A stretch of 38,506 nucleotides of DNA from Octopus bimaculoides (Eukaryota): positions 6,822,906 to 6,861,411 of the forward strand of contig NC_068984.1 of NCBI RefSeq assembly GCF_001194135.2, written 5' to 3'. The notes beneath the pieces were generated by a model. That model saw only the letters and a list, made by a program, of their open reading frames with translations. It made no database searches and was not told the DNA's origin. Numbering within the stretch: the first letter of the stretch is position 1; each line of letters starts with the position of its first letter. Below are positions 23,126-36,513 of the stretch, piece by piece. The position numbers and the translations under genes are program-made.

Positions 23126-23544
23126 GATTAAACGTGTACGCGTGTGTGACAGCAAATGTTTCATGGACATTTACTAAACCCTTTTCTGCACGCGTTCCGG
23201 CTCCCTTCTCGCAAACCCTTCCACTAACAATATATTTAAATGTAATATTTCATCTACCACCGTGTTCTCTGTGGTTAAACAGGTTTCGAGATTTCTACGT
23301 CTGTTTCTTATGTTTTTCGTTATTGTTTTTTATCGCCATTTTATTGTTTTAAAAACTGCATATGCAGCTCTCTGGCATTTAAAAAAAAATTTTCGTTTAG
23401 TTTTGTTTATATTTTACTCCATGTATCTATTGCTGTGTGTCACCATATTGGGTATATGCAATATTTGACACGTGATATCCAGCCCACGCAAAGATCGACG
23501 AAAGGAACAGGATCCAATAAAGGAGCCCTTCACCGCGGTGGCTT

Positions 23545-23810
23545 GACCTTCTAGAAATAGCAACCAAATCTTGCCCAAATCACAAACTAGAAATATATAC
23601 AAATAAAACCAAGTTAAAGTAGTTTTACATGATCTTAAACCGATGGGTTGGCCATAGATGGAACGTCTTTGATATTTAACCTGGAGCTAAGCGACAACAA
23701 CAAAAACAACATCAAATAGAGACAGAATAATCTCTGCACCGTTGCATGATATGCTAGAAAGAGTAGCCATATCTCAAAATAACATTCCAAATTCTTAATT
23801 GGAAAAGGAC
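23545..23810 (+). repeat. Two diverged copies of a short interspersed motif
   Basis: ttgaccttctagaaatagcaaccaaatct...caaatcaca (about 23545) and atgatatgctagaaagagtagccatatctcaaaataaca (about 23746). Confidence 0.3.
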
Positions 23811-24068
23811 ACATTAGATAAGTCGTTCTCATGATGAGTTGGGCTCTGGTTCATCTGGGTGTGGCCGAGGACCGAAAAAGGGGCAGACAAATCACCATGT
23901 TAAATAAAATTAAGGTGCTCTAAACACTTCAAACATTTCTGGCAACATGACGGACAGAGAAAAAATCTATGAACGTAAACTCATTTGTGTCATCTCATTA
24001 ATAACATACACTCACACACACTCATACACACACATACACACATGTACATTTATATATACGTATATACT

Positions 24069-24299
24069 GGTGTAGGCGTGGCTGTATGGTGGGACGTTTG
24101 CTTTCCAAGCACATCACTCTGGGGTCGGTCTTGCTGCATTGCACCTGGGGCAAGTGCCTTCTATCATAGCCTCGGGCCGACCAAATCCTTGAGTGGATTT
24201 GATAGACGGAAACTGAAAGAAGCCTGTCGTATGTGTGCGTATGTGTGTGTGCGTGTGGGTGTGTGAGTGTGTGTGTTGCGAGTGTGCGTCTTTGTCCCA
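24069..24299 (+). mobile_element. SINE family A 5' half
   Basis: ggtgtaggcgtggctgtatggt head, then ggggcaagtgccttctatcatagcctcgggccgaccaaa...gaaactgaaagaagcctgtcgt, a TG tract and tttgtccc. Confidence 0.88.
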
Positions 24300-24430
24300 A
24301 AAAATCGTGCAACTGCTACCACTTTTTCACCTGTTTCATGGCGTTTTACCATAACCAGTTTATCTTCCAGCGTTATAGCATGGCGCTTAGCACTTTCACT
24401 ATGAATTTTCTTAGGACCCAGGGAGGCAAA
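24300..24430 (-). mobile_element. pogo/Tigger transposase N-terminal remnant (CENP-B-type psq HTH)
   Basis: LGPKKIHSESAKRHAITLEDKLVMVKRHETGEKVVAVAR matches the Tigger N-terminus pattern K.R..ITLE.KL..IKR.E.GE....IAR. Truncated at the SINE junction. Confidence 0.75.
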
Positions 24431-25477
24431 AAATAACGTCACAAATGAATGAGAATAAGAAAGTAGCCGATAAACAGACGTAAACAAATTTGAATTGAAA
24501 ACAAACGCAGAAATCACGAGTGACAACGATGCCTAACTGTAGATATTGGAATTACAGTGCAATATGAGCTCCGAAAGACCAATGAATAAGACAACACGGC
24601 TGATTTCATGATTTTTTTCACAAAGCTACACTACTTTATGGCGAGTATCTTAGCATTTACTGTACGTATTCTAAAATTATTTTATATGCTTTCATTCTTT
24701 GGGGGATATATTCTAGGGATAAAAAGCATATTTCCGCATGTATATCCCGTAACAGGAGTCCTACAGTATAATAACATTTGGTAGCCGATACCTGGAGCAG
24801 AGCTTTAGCAAACAGATTATAAAAATGATAATAAATACGTATATATNNNNNNNNNNNNNNNNNNNNNNNNNNNNNNNNNNNNNNNNNNNNNNNNNNNNNN
24901 NNNNNNNNNNNNNNNNNNNNNNNNNNNNNNNNNNNNNNNNNNNNNNNNNNNNNNNNNNNNNNNNNNNNNNNNNNNNNNNNNNNNNNNNNNNNNNNNATAT
25001 ATTACTGTTTGTTTTTGTGCTCGATTATAACGAAAACAATTTTATATTATTCTGAAGGAATATTCCATACTTTTGTAGAGTACAAATTTACCATTCTTAA
25101 AGAAGAATGTTGTTGATGGTGATTTCAAAGTGTCGACCAGCTAAGACCTCATCAGCTGAATTGACCGAAACTTCGAAGTTTACTGTCAATACTGTTCTTG
25201 TTAAACAACAATATATATATATATATATATACATAGACAGCGAGAGAGATGGGGAGGAAAAAGAGAATATATATATACATACATACACATTTGTACACAT
25301 GCACACGCACACACTCGCAGACACCTTCTATGATTCGATTAAACCATATCGATACCATTAAGCAGTTCTTAGATCTCTGAGTGTATACATGAATGTCTTT
25401 ATGTAGATATACATCATGCATACATACATACATACATACATACAGAGAGAGAGTATTAGTACTTGCGTTCATGTCCA

Positions 25478-25490
25478 CGTGTGTGTGTGT

Positions 25491-25582
<92 letters not shown>
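25478..25582 (+). repeat. (TG)n microsatellite, about 100 bp
   Basis: Directly visible. Confidence 0.95.
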
Positions 25583-25585
<3 letters not shown>

Positions 25586-26286
25586 GTTGATTGATGTTTG
25601 GTTGTTATCGAGGAATTTATAGTTGATATTAATGTTATAGCTGATGGTTCTCTTTATGTTGTTATAGTTTTAATGGAGTTACTGTTGTTGTTTTTAATGA
25701 TGTTGTCGTCAAAGTCATCGGTTTTTTTCCCCTTGTTGGCGTTCTTGTATTTATTTGTTCCATTTGTTTTTATTTGTTTATATATTTTGGTTGCATTTAA
25801 TGATTTGGTTGTAGCAAACCAATTATTTAATGTTGCATTCAATTCTATTATTTTAGACATCTTAATCGATACCCAAATATATTTTTTGCATCGAACTCCA
25901 ACGAATGGAGTTAAAGAAACATCGTGAAGCACAAGATGTCGTGCTGAGGTCAAAGGTCGGACGTATTGGCGCAAAACAAATAAACATTTTTTTTCTTTTT
26001 TATTACAAGTTGCCAATCTGCCAAGCAAAGAGCAAACATCATTTCTCTCGAATATTACTGAAGGGGAATAAAAAAAAAAACTAATAAATAGATTAAATAA
26101 AACACAAGACATTTTATATAAGTTTGTAGAAGTTTGTATTACAAGCAAAAAATATATGGTAATCGGTGCGTCGACACATCTATACCTGTATATATGCAAC
26201 TGTTCTAATAAACACTTCATAATCACAAATGCAAATATATACTCGTCCCCAGAATCAACCGTATATATGTAGAGAGCGTATCCTAA

Positions 26287-26590
26287 TACGAAAGGCTTTC
26301 CAAATGTTTTGAGATCCTTTTAAGGGGAAGCAGTTATAGTTGTTCTAGGTCATTGTAATTTTAACATATCTTTACTTATACATCTAATAATCTGACTTGC
26401 CAACTTCTTTTATTCCCGGCTGAAGGAGGTGACTGTGACAGCACTTTGAACACACCCTACTAAACCCTGCTTGTCATAGCTGAGTGCAGTCGGGAGTTTA
26501 GAAACTCGCTATGGAACAAAATTTGGGGTTAAACTTGATAGAAATCCTATCGAAACTTATCAAATGCTTCAGACTGCAGATATGCTCAGG
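26287..26590 (+). mobile_element. Mariner (Tc1/mariner) 5' end remnant
   Basis: TA followed by the TIR-like cgaaaggctttccaaatgttttgaga at 26287. 26498-26578 encodes LETRYGTKFGVKLDRNPIETYQMLQTA, similar to the mariner N-terminal HTH (RYAIKFC.KLGK.A.ETY.ML..A). Confidence 0.65.
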
Positions 26591-26693
26591 TCATATAAAT
26601 ATAAATTTAATATTTACTTAATATTTAGTGAGTATTAATTTAAACAGCTGTAAGTGAGGATGATTATTTGCTGTTAATAATAAACAAATTTCT

Positions 26694-26765
<72 letters not shown>

Positions 26766-26942
26766 ATGTGTGTGTGTCTGTGTGCGTGTATATGTGTGTG
26801 TGTGTTTGTGTGTGTGTGTGAGTGCGTGTGTATGTTGTTATGCATGCATTTGTGTGTAAATATGCATGTATGCATCAGCAAAATACTGAGAGAAGCCAAT
26901 AAAAATATAAATAGATTGCATTTCTATAGCGAGGTCGATACA

Positions 26943-27089
26943 ACAATTTCGGGGGAGGGACTAAGTCGATTACATCGACTCTAGTGCTCAACTGATACTT
27001 ATTTTATCGACCCCGAAAAAAATGAAAGGCAAAGTCGATCTCGGCGAAATTTGAACTCAGAACGTAAAAACGGACGAAATGCCACTGAG
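26943..27089 (-). mobile_element. SINE family B, 5'-truncated
   Basis: Reverse complement contains catttcgtccgtttttacgttctgagttcaaatttcgccgagatcgactttgcctttcat...ggggtcgataaaataagtatcagttgagcact. Confidence 0.9.
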
Positions 27090-27709
27090 ATTTTCTTAGA
27101 CTCATAGAAAGTGGAATATGAGATACTTTCGCCCTAGGTAATTTTTATATTGTAAACATAAATGAACTAAGAGAAATATCAGAGTGACCAGTGGTATATA
27201 TATGAACCGCATGAACAAATACAAGGTGTATCAAATATCATACGGTATAAATTCTTGATGTAACCGAGAGAGTTTCTGCAAGAACGGTGTCAGCAACAAC
27301 AGCAGCACCACTACCACTCCAGCAACAATCACCAGCACTATCACCAAATTGCGCTTGATAAGAGGAAACCAATTAGCGCGTTTAATTTAATAGATTGCTT
27401 TCGTTCTGAGTACACAGAGAAAATACACTGGATTTAGCCGTAGAATTTTTTAGCTAAACATAGAACCTAACTTTAATCACTGAATTTCAAATAAATGCGG
27501 TTTGCTTGATTATATATTTTGTTTTTGATAAATTTCATAGGCTTTTCGACGATGCTGGAAGAAATTCAATTTAAAGCGAGAGTCAAGGGCTGGGGTGTTC
27601 TTATTGATTAAATTAATTATTTATAAAGAAATACACTATTGCGTGTAGATCCATTTCGAAACCTAGCCCACTAAATCTGTTTTAGACAAGTCAGGATAAG
27701 ATCTAAGCG

Positions 27710-28165
27710 ACAACTCACCGGGACCTTCTGCATCTCTTCATCTTTCAAGTTACCGAGGGAGAGTGGTGGAAGACTGCTTAAAACAAATCTAAGCATAAGT
27801 TTGCCAATTACAATTCTCCACCCACTGTCCCTGGGAGGGTCGTTGGAGTTGAAACACTTCCTTCATAGGGTCATATAAGGAGTAATTTTAACATCCGTTC
27901 CCTCCTGGGCCCACTTCGGGTTCCCAGGATTCGCATCCTTTGTGCTCCCGTCCCATACCTTCCAGAATAAGTAACAGATTATTGCTAGTTGTACCTGCAT
28001 TGGGTGGAGACTGCAATATATGTTTCGAACGGACCCCTCCACCTAATATTCGAATGCTCCCTTTAGTAACTATCGTTATATTGTAACTTTTCGTGGTCAT
28101 ATACGGGCCAAGCACCCAGCTGATATTTGTTGCAGGCCCGCGAAAGAAGCCGCTACACATTTACA
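27710..28165 (-). mobile_element. GC-elevated segment, probably a retrotransposon (RTE-like) leader remnant
   Basis: About 450 bp of non-simple, GC-richer sequence with no long clean ORF. The motif gtttcaactcc...ttttaagcagtcttccac resembles RTE 5' regions, from memory only. Confidence 0.3.
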
Positions 28166-28857
28166 TAAATGAACCAATTACACACATAATTAACGAAGTA
28201 AAATAAGATATGTAATAATGTCTGAGACCGAATTCTTCTAAGTATACAACTCAGGAGACTGTAGAAAGGAAGGGTCTCTCTGCAATATTTATCGCATTGG
28301 TTTGTTAAAATTAATCCAGACATGCAATCACCGCACCGGAGATATTTACAATCATGGAAAAAAAAAAACTTAACAATTTCTTAATATTAAACCCTATAAC
28401 GTACGCATTCAACTATGAGATGTCCACGAACGTGACATCGCATCCTTGTTATCATGAACTGAGACACACGTAAGCCATACAGTGCGGATCTACTGTCGTG
28501 TCATCGAATATTGATGAAAAATTAAATTATTTTCTCCTATTCAATAAACACTGCAGTTTTTTTTTGTTAATAATTCTTATTACATCACACCACCCAAAGC
28601 AGTTCTTTAGAATGTACTTACATACAAACATATATATGTGTGTATGCAATAAACATACATACNNNNNNNNNNNNNNNNNNNNNNNNNNNNNNNNNNNNNN
28701 NNNNNNNNNNNNNNNNNNNNNNNNNNNNNNNNNNNNNNNNNNNNNNNNNNNNNNNNNNNNNNNNNNNNNNNNNNNNNNNNNNNNNNNNNNNNNNNNNNNN
28801 NNNNNNNNNNNNNNNNNNNNNNNNNNNNNNNNNNNNNNNNNNNNNNNNNNNNNNNNN

Positions 28858-28923
<66 letters not shown>

Positions 28924-29042
28924 TGTGTATGTCTATTGCCTATTTGGTTGCAACGCAAAATGTTTCTTAAATTACTCAACATGGTTTGACATCTATATCT
29001 GACATCCATTTTTCGCCTTGTAACTTATTTTATTTTTTTGCT

Positions 29043-29064
29043 ATCATCATCATCATCATCATCA

Positions 29065-29123
<59 letters not shown>

Positions 29124-29152
29124 TTCATTATTATTATTATTATTATTATTAT
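29043..29152 (+). repeat. Compound (ATC)n to (ATT)n
   Basis: Directly visible. Confidence 0.95.
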
Positions 29153-31650
29153 TCGTGCCAATGAAAGTAAAGGGGTAGCAACGAAGATCAATTTTAGACA
29201 ACAGCAGTCATACATTTCCCCCACCCCCACCTCACCTCCTTCAACTATCTCCTACCGTCGTAAGACTCCTCGAACAATACACAAATCCGCCATTGAATAT
29301 TTACTCACACCATGTTCGTTGGCCACAACAGTTTGTTAAAGTAAAATTCTTTTTTCCTGTTCAGTAATTTTCTTCTGTGTTGACGACTGATTACAAATCA
29401 CCCATCTTATAAGCTATCATAAATCTCACTCATTTCATTCATCAGCTTCAGTCATTCGCATTTATTATTTCCCTCTTTCTCCATAACATTCTAATGTTTT
29501 CATTTCATGCAACTACATTCTCATATTTTAAATGTAGATACAATTCCTTCTCTCTCCCCCACCGCTTTCTTTTTCTCACTCTTCCCGCTCTTCCTTCCTT
29601 GAACTCTTTTATTCGATGCTTAACCCCTCTTACACTTGCTTCATATAACCTTTATATAATACAGCATTGACGTTTATCATTCTTTTCTCCTTGTCTGTTC
29701 ATATTTTATTTGGCTTTCTCGGTTTAGCCAACCGTTTTTCTTTACATATTACCGGGTTGCCCATTCTGTGGCCAGTGTTGGCACTAATTGAAAATAACAG
29801 GCGTTCAACACAGGCCGTTATCCAGATCGTTAGTTTATGTCAACTACAGCTTTCCTTTTGTAAACTTCCCCCCTTGAATCATACAATTGGCTGCAGTCGT
29901 AGTCTTCGCCTCTCACAATACGCTACATCGAACACATTCAATACATAGTCGCTAGTTACGTTTACTGGTTGATTCAGTTAGGATCATGAAAGGTCAAAAA
30001 CTGTGATATATACTTCAATAGACGCGTTAAACTTGACCTCGCTCTTTTTAGCAACATTCTTTATCGTGCTACGCAACGCCTGTCGAAAAGTTCCGAACCT
30101 CTTCACACTGCTCATGCGTTTACAACATTACAATAATGAGTTATTTTCATTGTTTGTGATACTAAATCTGGCATCGACCACGGCTATTGTCAGAACTGAC
30201 TTATAATGGCTTTCACTAATCCAAAATGATTTAAAGTTGCATCTCGATTCACACAACATTTTTCATGCATTTTCGGTTGCATATCAAACATTTTATATTT
30301 ATTTAGAAGTTAATTTTACTCCAATACTAAATTTAGAATTATTATTATTGCATCTGCTGCAATGTCCGGCGATGGTTACTTAAATTATTTTAACATTCAG
30401 TAATCTTGTTTAGCGATTGTTATTTCAGGTAGTTTGAGGTTTCTATCAGTGAGTCTTTTTTTTTTTCTCTAAGATTGTTCATGGAACCATGAAGACGTAC
30501 GACAAATTTGAGCTAAATAAAGACTCCACAGAAAATTAGAGATAGCACTTATATATGTGTGTATGCGCGTGGGTGCGTGCGTGCATGTGTGTAAGTTTGT
30601 GTGTGCGTGTGTGTATGTGTGTGTGTGTGTTTGTGTGTGTCTAGATAGATAGATATAGAGATATAGATTTATATATATATGAATGTATGCATATATATAT
30701 ATATNNNNNNNNNNNNNNNNNNNNNNNNNNNNNNNNNNNNNNNNNNNNNNNNNNNNNNNNNNNNNNNNNNNNNNNNNNNNNNNNNNNNNNNNNNNNNNNN
30801 NNNNNNNNNNNNNNNNNNNNNNNNNNNNNNNNNNNNNNNNNNNNNNNNNNNNNNNNNNNNNNNNNNNNNNNNNNNNNNNNNNNNNNNNNNNNNNNNNNNN
30901 NNNNNNNNNNNNNNNNNNNNNNNNNNNNNNNNNNNNNNNNNNNNNNNNNNNNNNNNNNNNNNNNNNNNNNNNNNNNNNNNNNNNNNNNNNNNNNNNNNNN
31001 NNNNNNNNNNNNNNNNNNNNNNNNNNNNNNNNNNNNNNNNNNNNNNNNNNNNNNNNNNNNNNNNNNNNNNNNNNNNNNNNNNNNNNNNNNNNNNNNNNNN
31101 NNNNNNNNNNNNNNNNNNNNNNNNNNNNNNNNNNNNNNNNNNNNNNNNNNNNNNNNNNNNNNNNNNNNNNNNNNNNNNNNNNNNNNNNNNNNNNNNNNNN
31201 NNNNNNNNNNNNNNNNNNNNNNNNNNNNNNNNNNNNNNNNNNNNNNNNNNNNNNNNNNNNNNNNNNNNNNNNNNNNNNNNNNNNNNNNNNNNNNNNNNNN
31301 NNNNNNNNNNNNNNNNNNNNNNNNNNNNNNNNNNNNNNNNNNNNNNNNNNNNNNNNNNNNNNNNNNNNNNNNNNNNNNNNNNNNNNNNNNNNNNNNNNNN
31401 NNNNNNNNNNNNNNNNNNNNNNNNNNNNNNNNNNNNNNNNNNNNNNNNNNNNNNNNNNNNNNNNNNNNNNNNNNNNNNNNNNNNNNNNNNNNNNNNNNNN
31501 NNNNNNNNNNNNNNNNNNNNNNNNNNNNNNNNNNNNNNNNNNNNNNNNNNNNNNNNNNNNNNNNNNNNNNNNNNNNNNNNNNNNNNNNNNNNNNNNNNNN
31601 NNNNNNNNNNNNNNNNNNNNNNNNNNNNNNNNNNNNNNNNNNNNNNNNNN

Positions 31651-31652
31651 AT

Positions 31653-31696
<44 letters not shown>

Positions 31697-31790
31697 ACAG
31701 TTGCAACGGCAACTACAACAGAAACAATAATAACAACAGAAATAGCAACAACAAGTACAACAGCAACTACAACAACAATAACAACACAAT
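31651..31790 (+). repeat. Compound (ATC)-(CAG)-(CAA) trinucleotide tract
   Basis: Directly visible. It lies immediately upstream of the Gypsy protease remnant. Confidence 0.85.
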
Positions 31791-31799
31791 TTCAAAGCG

Positions 31800-32552
31800 A
31801 GGCACAAAAAGCAAATTTGTCTCCATAGAAATAAATAATGTGAATACGAGACTACAGTTGGAAACAAGTAGTGATATCACGATAATTAACGATGATACAT
31901 GGAGAAAAATAGGAAAGCCTACGTTGAAAAAACTTTGAAAATTGCTCGAGGTATTTCAGGGAAACAATTGCGATTTTGGGGCGAAATGATAAGTGAGGTG
32001 ACATTTCATGGAAAAACTTTGAAACCCAAAGTTTTTCGTATTAAAAAATACGACAAACCTGTTTGGTACAGACTGGATGGAACCATTTAATTTATGGGAC
32101 CTCCCTACAAATATTTTTTGAAATAATGTAAACAGTTCTTACGCCAGTTCAAATAAGGCGTCAAAGGATTTAAAAAAGAAATTAAAAAAGATTTTTCCTG
32201 AGGTTTTTTTCTGAAGAATTAGGTAGGTGCACCAAGACAAAAGTAAAATTTCAAGTGAAAGAAAACGCAGTACTGCTATTTAAATATTACAACGTTACAA
32301 GCGTTCTTGGGGCTCGCAAACTGTTATCAAAGATATATAGTGAGTATGCATGAGCTAAAAGCACCCCTAAACAACTTATTGAAAAAAGACGTTAAATGGT
32401 ATTGGTCAGACAGGTGCCAAAAAGCGTTTGAAGAAATCAAAAAAAGCTTTAACATCAGAACTGCCATTACCTACTTTGATCCAAATTTAAAAATAGTGGT
32501 AGCATCAGAAGCTAGCGAACTTGGTATAGAAGAGATAATTTTACACAAGTAT
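31800..32552 (+). mobile_element. Ty3/Gypsy LTR retrotransposon pol remnant (protease, RT thumb/connection, start of RNase H)
   Basis: RLQLETSSDITIINDDTWRKIGKPTL (degenerate LDTG aspartyl protease), NLFGTDWMEPFNLWDLP, then LQAFLGLANCYQRYIVSMHELKAPLNNLLKKDVKWYWSDRCQKAFEEIKK...YFDPNLKIVVASEASELGI (degenerate DAS RNase H motif). Several frameshifts and stops. Confidence 0.9.
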
Positions 32553-32693
32553 GAGGCTATAGAAGACACTTGCCCAAGGTGCTCAGCCGTGGGGCTGAAC
32601 CCGAGATCGTGTGTTTGGGAATCCGTAACTAGGTGGAACTGAACCCGGAACCATGTGGTTAAAAAACAAGGTTCTTGTCATACAGCCACGCCT
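32553..32693 (-). mobile_element. SINE family A head fragment truncating the Gypsy remnant
   Basis: gaggctatagaagacacttgcccaaggtg...ctgaacccg appears, with the B-box segment present twice (about 32595 and about 32639). Confidence 0.85.
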
Positions 32694-33528
32694 TCTGGCT
32701 GATATTAAATTACCTCGTAAGAAGCAACCACTTTGTATGTATGTATGTGCGTATGTATGCATGTATGTAATTTTGTACGTGTTTGCATGTATGTATTAAT
32801 ATATATTTGCAAGAACGTATANNNNNNNNNNNNNNNNNNNNNNNNNNNNNNNNNNNNNNNNNNNNNNNNNNNNNNNNNNNNNNNNNNNNNNNNNNNNNNN
32901 NNNNNNNNNNNNNNNNNNNNNNNNNNNNNNNNNNNNNNNNNNNNNNNNNNNNNNNNNNNNNNNNNNNNNNNNNNNNNNNNNNNNNNNNNNNNNNNNNNNN
33001 NNNNNNNNNNNNNNNNNNNNNNNNNNNNNNNNNNNNNNNNNNNNNNNATATATATATATGTTTGTATGTGCGATTGAATGTAAACCTACATGTGTGTGTG
33101 TGTGTGTGTGTATGTTTGTATGTGAGTGTGCGCGCGCGCGTGTGTGTTATACACATTTACATCGACAACAATTTATCATATGTGCATGATGATGAATAAA
33201 GAAGGTAATTACAACAGACTTTATCAGAAAGGTTATCTTTATGTGTATGTGCGTAAGTGTGTGTGTCTGTATCTATGTGTGTGTGTGTGTGTGCGTGTGC
33301 GTGTGTGTGTATAAGCTATACAGGAGAGTGTGTCTATGTAACAGTAGCAACAACAACATTAGGTGTAGTTAATAAAAGGAGTCTAGTCTAAACACCGTCG
33401 TATATATTGTCTCGGATATATATTTTGTCTCAACGTTGTTTTAGACAAATGAACTTGTTTCGTGTTGAGAATAAATTAGTTAGCGACAATAACAATAAGA
33501 ACAAGAAGAACAATATAGCATATGCATA

Positions 33529-33585
<57 letters not shown>

Positions 33586-34389
33586 GTGTGTGTGCGTGTG
33601 TGTGTGTGAGTATGTATATATATTTATATATATATATGTGTGCGTGTGTATGTATATATATGTACGTATATGTACACATTATACATATGTTTGCGTGAAA
33701 ATACGTATATATGTATGTATGTGTAGATGTATGTGTGTATGAATGTATATGTATGTGTGCATCTATGTGTATGTGTGTATTTATATATACAAGAAATCGA
33801 GTCAAGTAGTATATATTGGGCCCCAGGAAAAAAAAAACAAATCATAAATATAGCATAAAATTAATAATATTGTAATATATTTGATATAAACTATTTAAGA
33901 TGAAAAATATAAAAAAGACAAAGAGATACGTGACAGTCAGTTTTGGAATACAACAAGAGTGACAACGACAGAATTGTGGGAAAATTTGGTTATAACGAAT
34001 TTTTAAGAATCAAGGCATATCAAAATGTGAGACACCAGAAAATGGCTAGATACAACACATAGAGCTGACAGTGCAATAAAAGAATATTGCAAATTCGAGT
34101 GCAAGCGGGATACCGTAGATATATAAGAACCGAATCCAGTTTATTGTTACCAATCTTGGTCCCCAGTGGTTCGTTGGTATGACGTAAGGATAAAGTAGCA
34201 AACACGAATGGTATTTAAAGTTTACAACAGATGTTCCGGTGGAATTTCATTTGATATAGTCGTAAAAGTTTACATCATAATATACAATCCACCATCATCA
34301 GATAAAATTTTAAACAGCCGTCAAGAATATAGCCAACATTTCTTGAGCTAGAGTTACTTTCAAGTCCTATATTCGAATATAAATATATA

Positions 34390-34588
34390 ATAAATGAAAA
34401 ATGCATTAAATACTAAGACGCGTAGACATACGACAGACACTGAAAGACCCTAATTCTTCACCATTTATCGACCGAAATTCTAATACACAGTTTCACGCCT
34501 TTTCGGTCAGTAACTGATGAAGAATTAGGGACCTTCTGTGTCTGTCCAATATGTACGCTTTTTAGTATTTAATACATTTTTCATTTAT
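34390..34588. repeat. Foldback element: 88 bp arms, 23 bp spacer
   Basis: 34390-34477 versus the reverse complement of 34501-34588 align ungapped at 74/88 identity (hand alignment). Confidence 0.88.
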
Positions 34589-35321
34589 TGAGTAACTGAA
34601 CGCCACGCATCCAGACTTTTGTTGATTGGAGAACCGATGAGAAGTCTACAACACTTACATTCAAACTATAGATTTTTGTTTATGTCTATTATTGTAGGTG
34701 CATTGGGTTGCGTAGTAACAGATTTGCATAAAAGCCTAGAAATGCTGAAGTTCTGAAAAAGAGGACGAAGCAGACATATTTGTATTCTTAAATTACAATC
34801 GATTGGCGATAAAGTGAAAATTCGTAAAATATTTCACGATTTCTCCATTTGAATTCCCTGGGTAGACATACGCCGAGAAACACATAGACACATGGAATAC
34901 ATATGAATAGACATATATGGCAGCACTTCAAATAACTACAAATAGAACAGAAAATACACGCATATAATACGGATATAGTTTGAGCTGTCCTACGTTGCTG
35001 AATAAACCAAGGAATTAAGCATCCAATGACCTGCTTTCTTTGTGAGTTTAAGAAGAAATGACTGTGGGACAGACTTATGTTATGACACGTATGCGCTCAC
35101 AAAAAGCTCATATATACTCGTGTGAAAAAAGGAGGTATTTACAATAAAAAAGAACTTCCAGACGACAAGAAAATAATTCTTTTATTACTTTATTCACACC
35201 GAAGTAAAACATCTCAGATTTTTTCACCGTTTCGCAATAAATCTCCAAAATTATTGCGTAAGCATATGTATGAAAATTTGTATGTATGCGCATGTAAATA
35301 CATACATACATATGTATATAA

Positions 35322-35354
<33 letters not shown>

Positions 35355-35462
35355 ATGATATAGATTTAATCAAAAGATTAACTGTCGTACTTAAAATGTT
35401 TGAGGTACCAGAATTTGGTAGGGTAAAAAACAAAAACAAAATCAGGAGATTTGGTGAATAAA

Positions 35463-35966
<504 letters not shown>

Positions 35967-36129
35967 TAAAGCTCACAATACATGTCTTAAAGCGTTACTG
36001 ATAGTTTCATATGTTGATCGAACACAAACATATTCTTCAGACACAAACCACATAGCACGTATTGTGAGTTTTAAACAATAATATTTATCTCTCACCAGAT
36101 GGAGTACGTTTTTGTTTGAATACTGTTTT

Positions 36130-36410
36130 GTGTGGTTTAGTGGTTAGGGTTTTGCACTATCGATCGCGAGATCGTGGTTTCAATTCCTAGACCCGGCTGT
36201 GTGTTCTTGAACAAAACACTTTATCTCACGTTGCTATACAATCACATCGACACCTGACGCGCGGCACGCCATAGCACCTATTCAGATAGCGTCGATTTGA
36301 TGGAGAGGAGTGAGCTAATGGTGCGGCACGAACATCTAGTCACTATGAACAAATCATTTGTTCAGGTCGTTCGGCAAAAGCTGAACGATCATACGTCATT
36401 TACGACGGGA
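36130..36410 (+). mobile_element. tRNA-derived SINE family D
   Basis: A box tggtttagtggttagg (36133-36148), B box ggtttcaattcc (36176-36187), then gtgttcttgaacaaaacactttatctcacgttgct, related to the family C central motif. Confidence 0.7.
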
Positions 36411-36513
36411 GAGAGAGAGACCATCGTATATTTACACACACACACAAACACACAAACACACACACGCACACATACACACACACACACACACACGCAAATA
36501 TACACTATTACAC

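Noticed and set aside
25654-26226. 190 aa minus-strand ORF
   Set aside because: N/K/T-rich composition driven by AT-rich low-complexity DNA, with no motif or splice support.
36130-36200. SINE heads (also about 36900-36969 and 11771-11860) as tRNA genes
   Set aside because: A and B boxes are present, but I could not fold a cloverleaf with an acceptor stem, and each continues into a SINE body.
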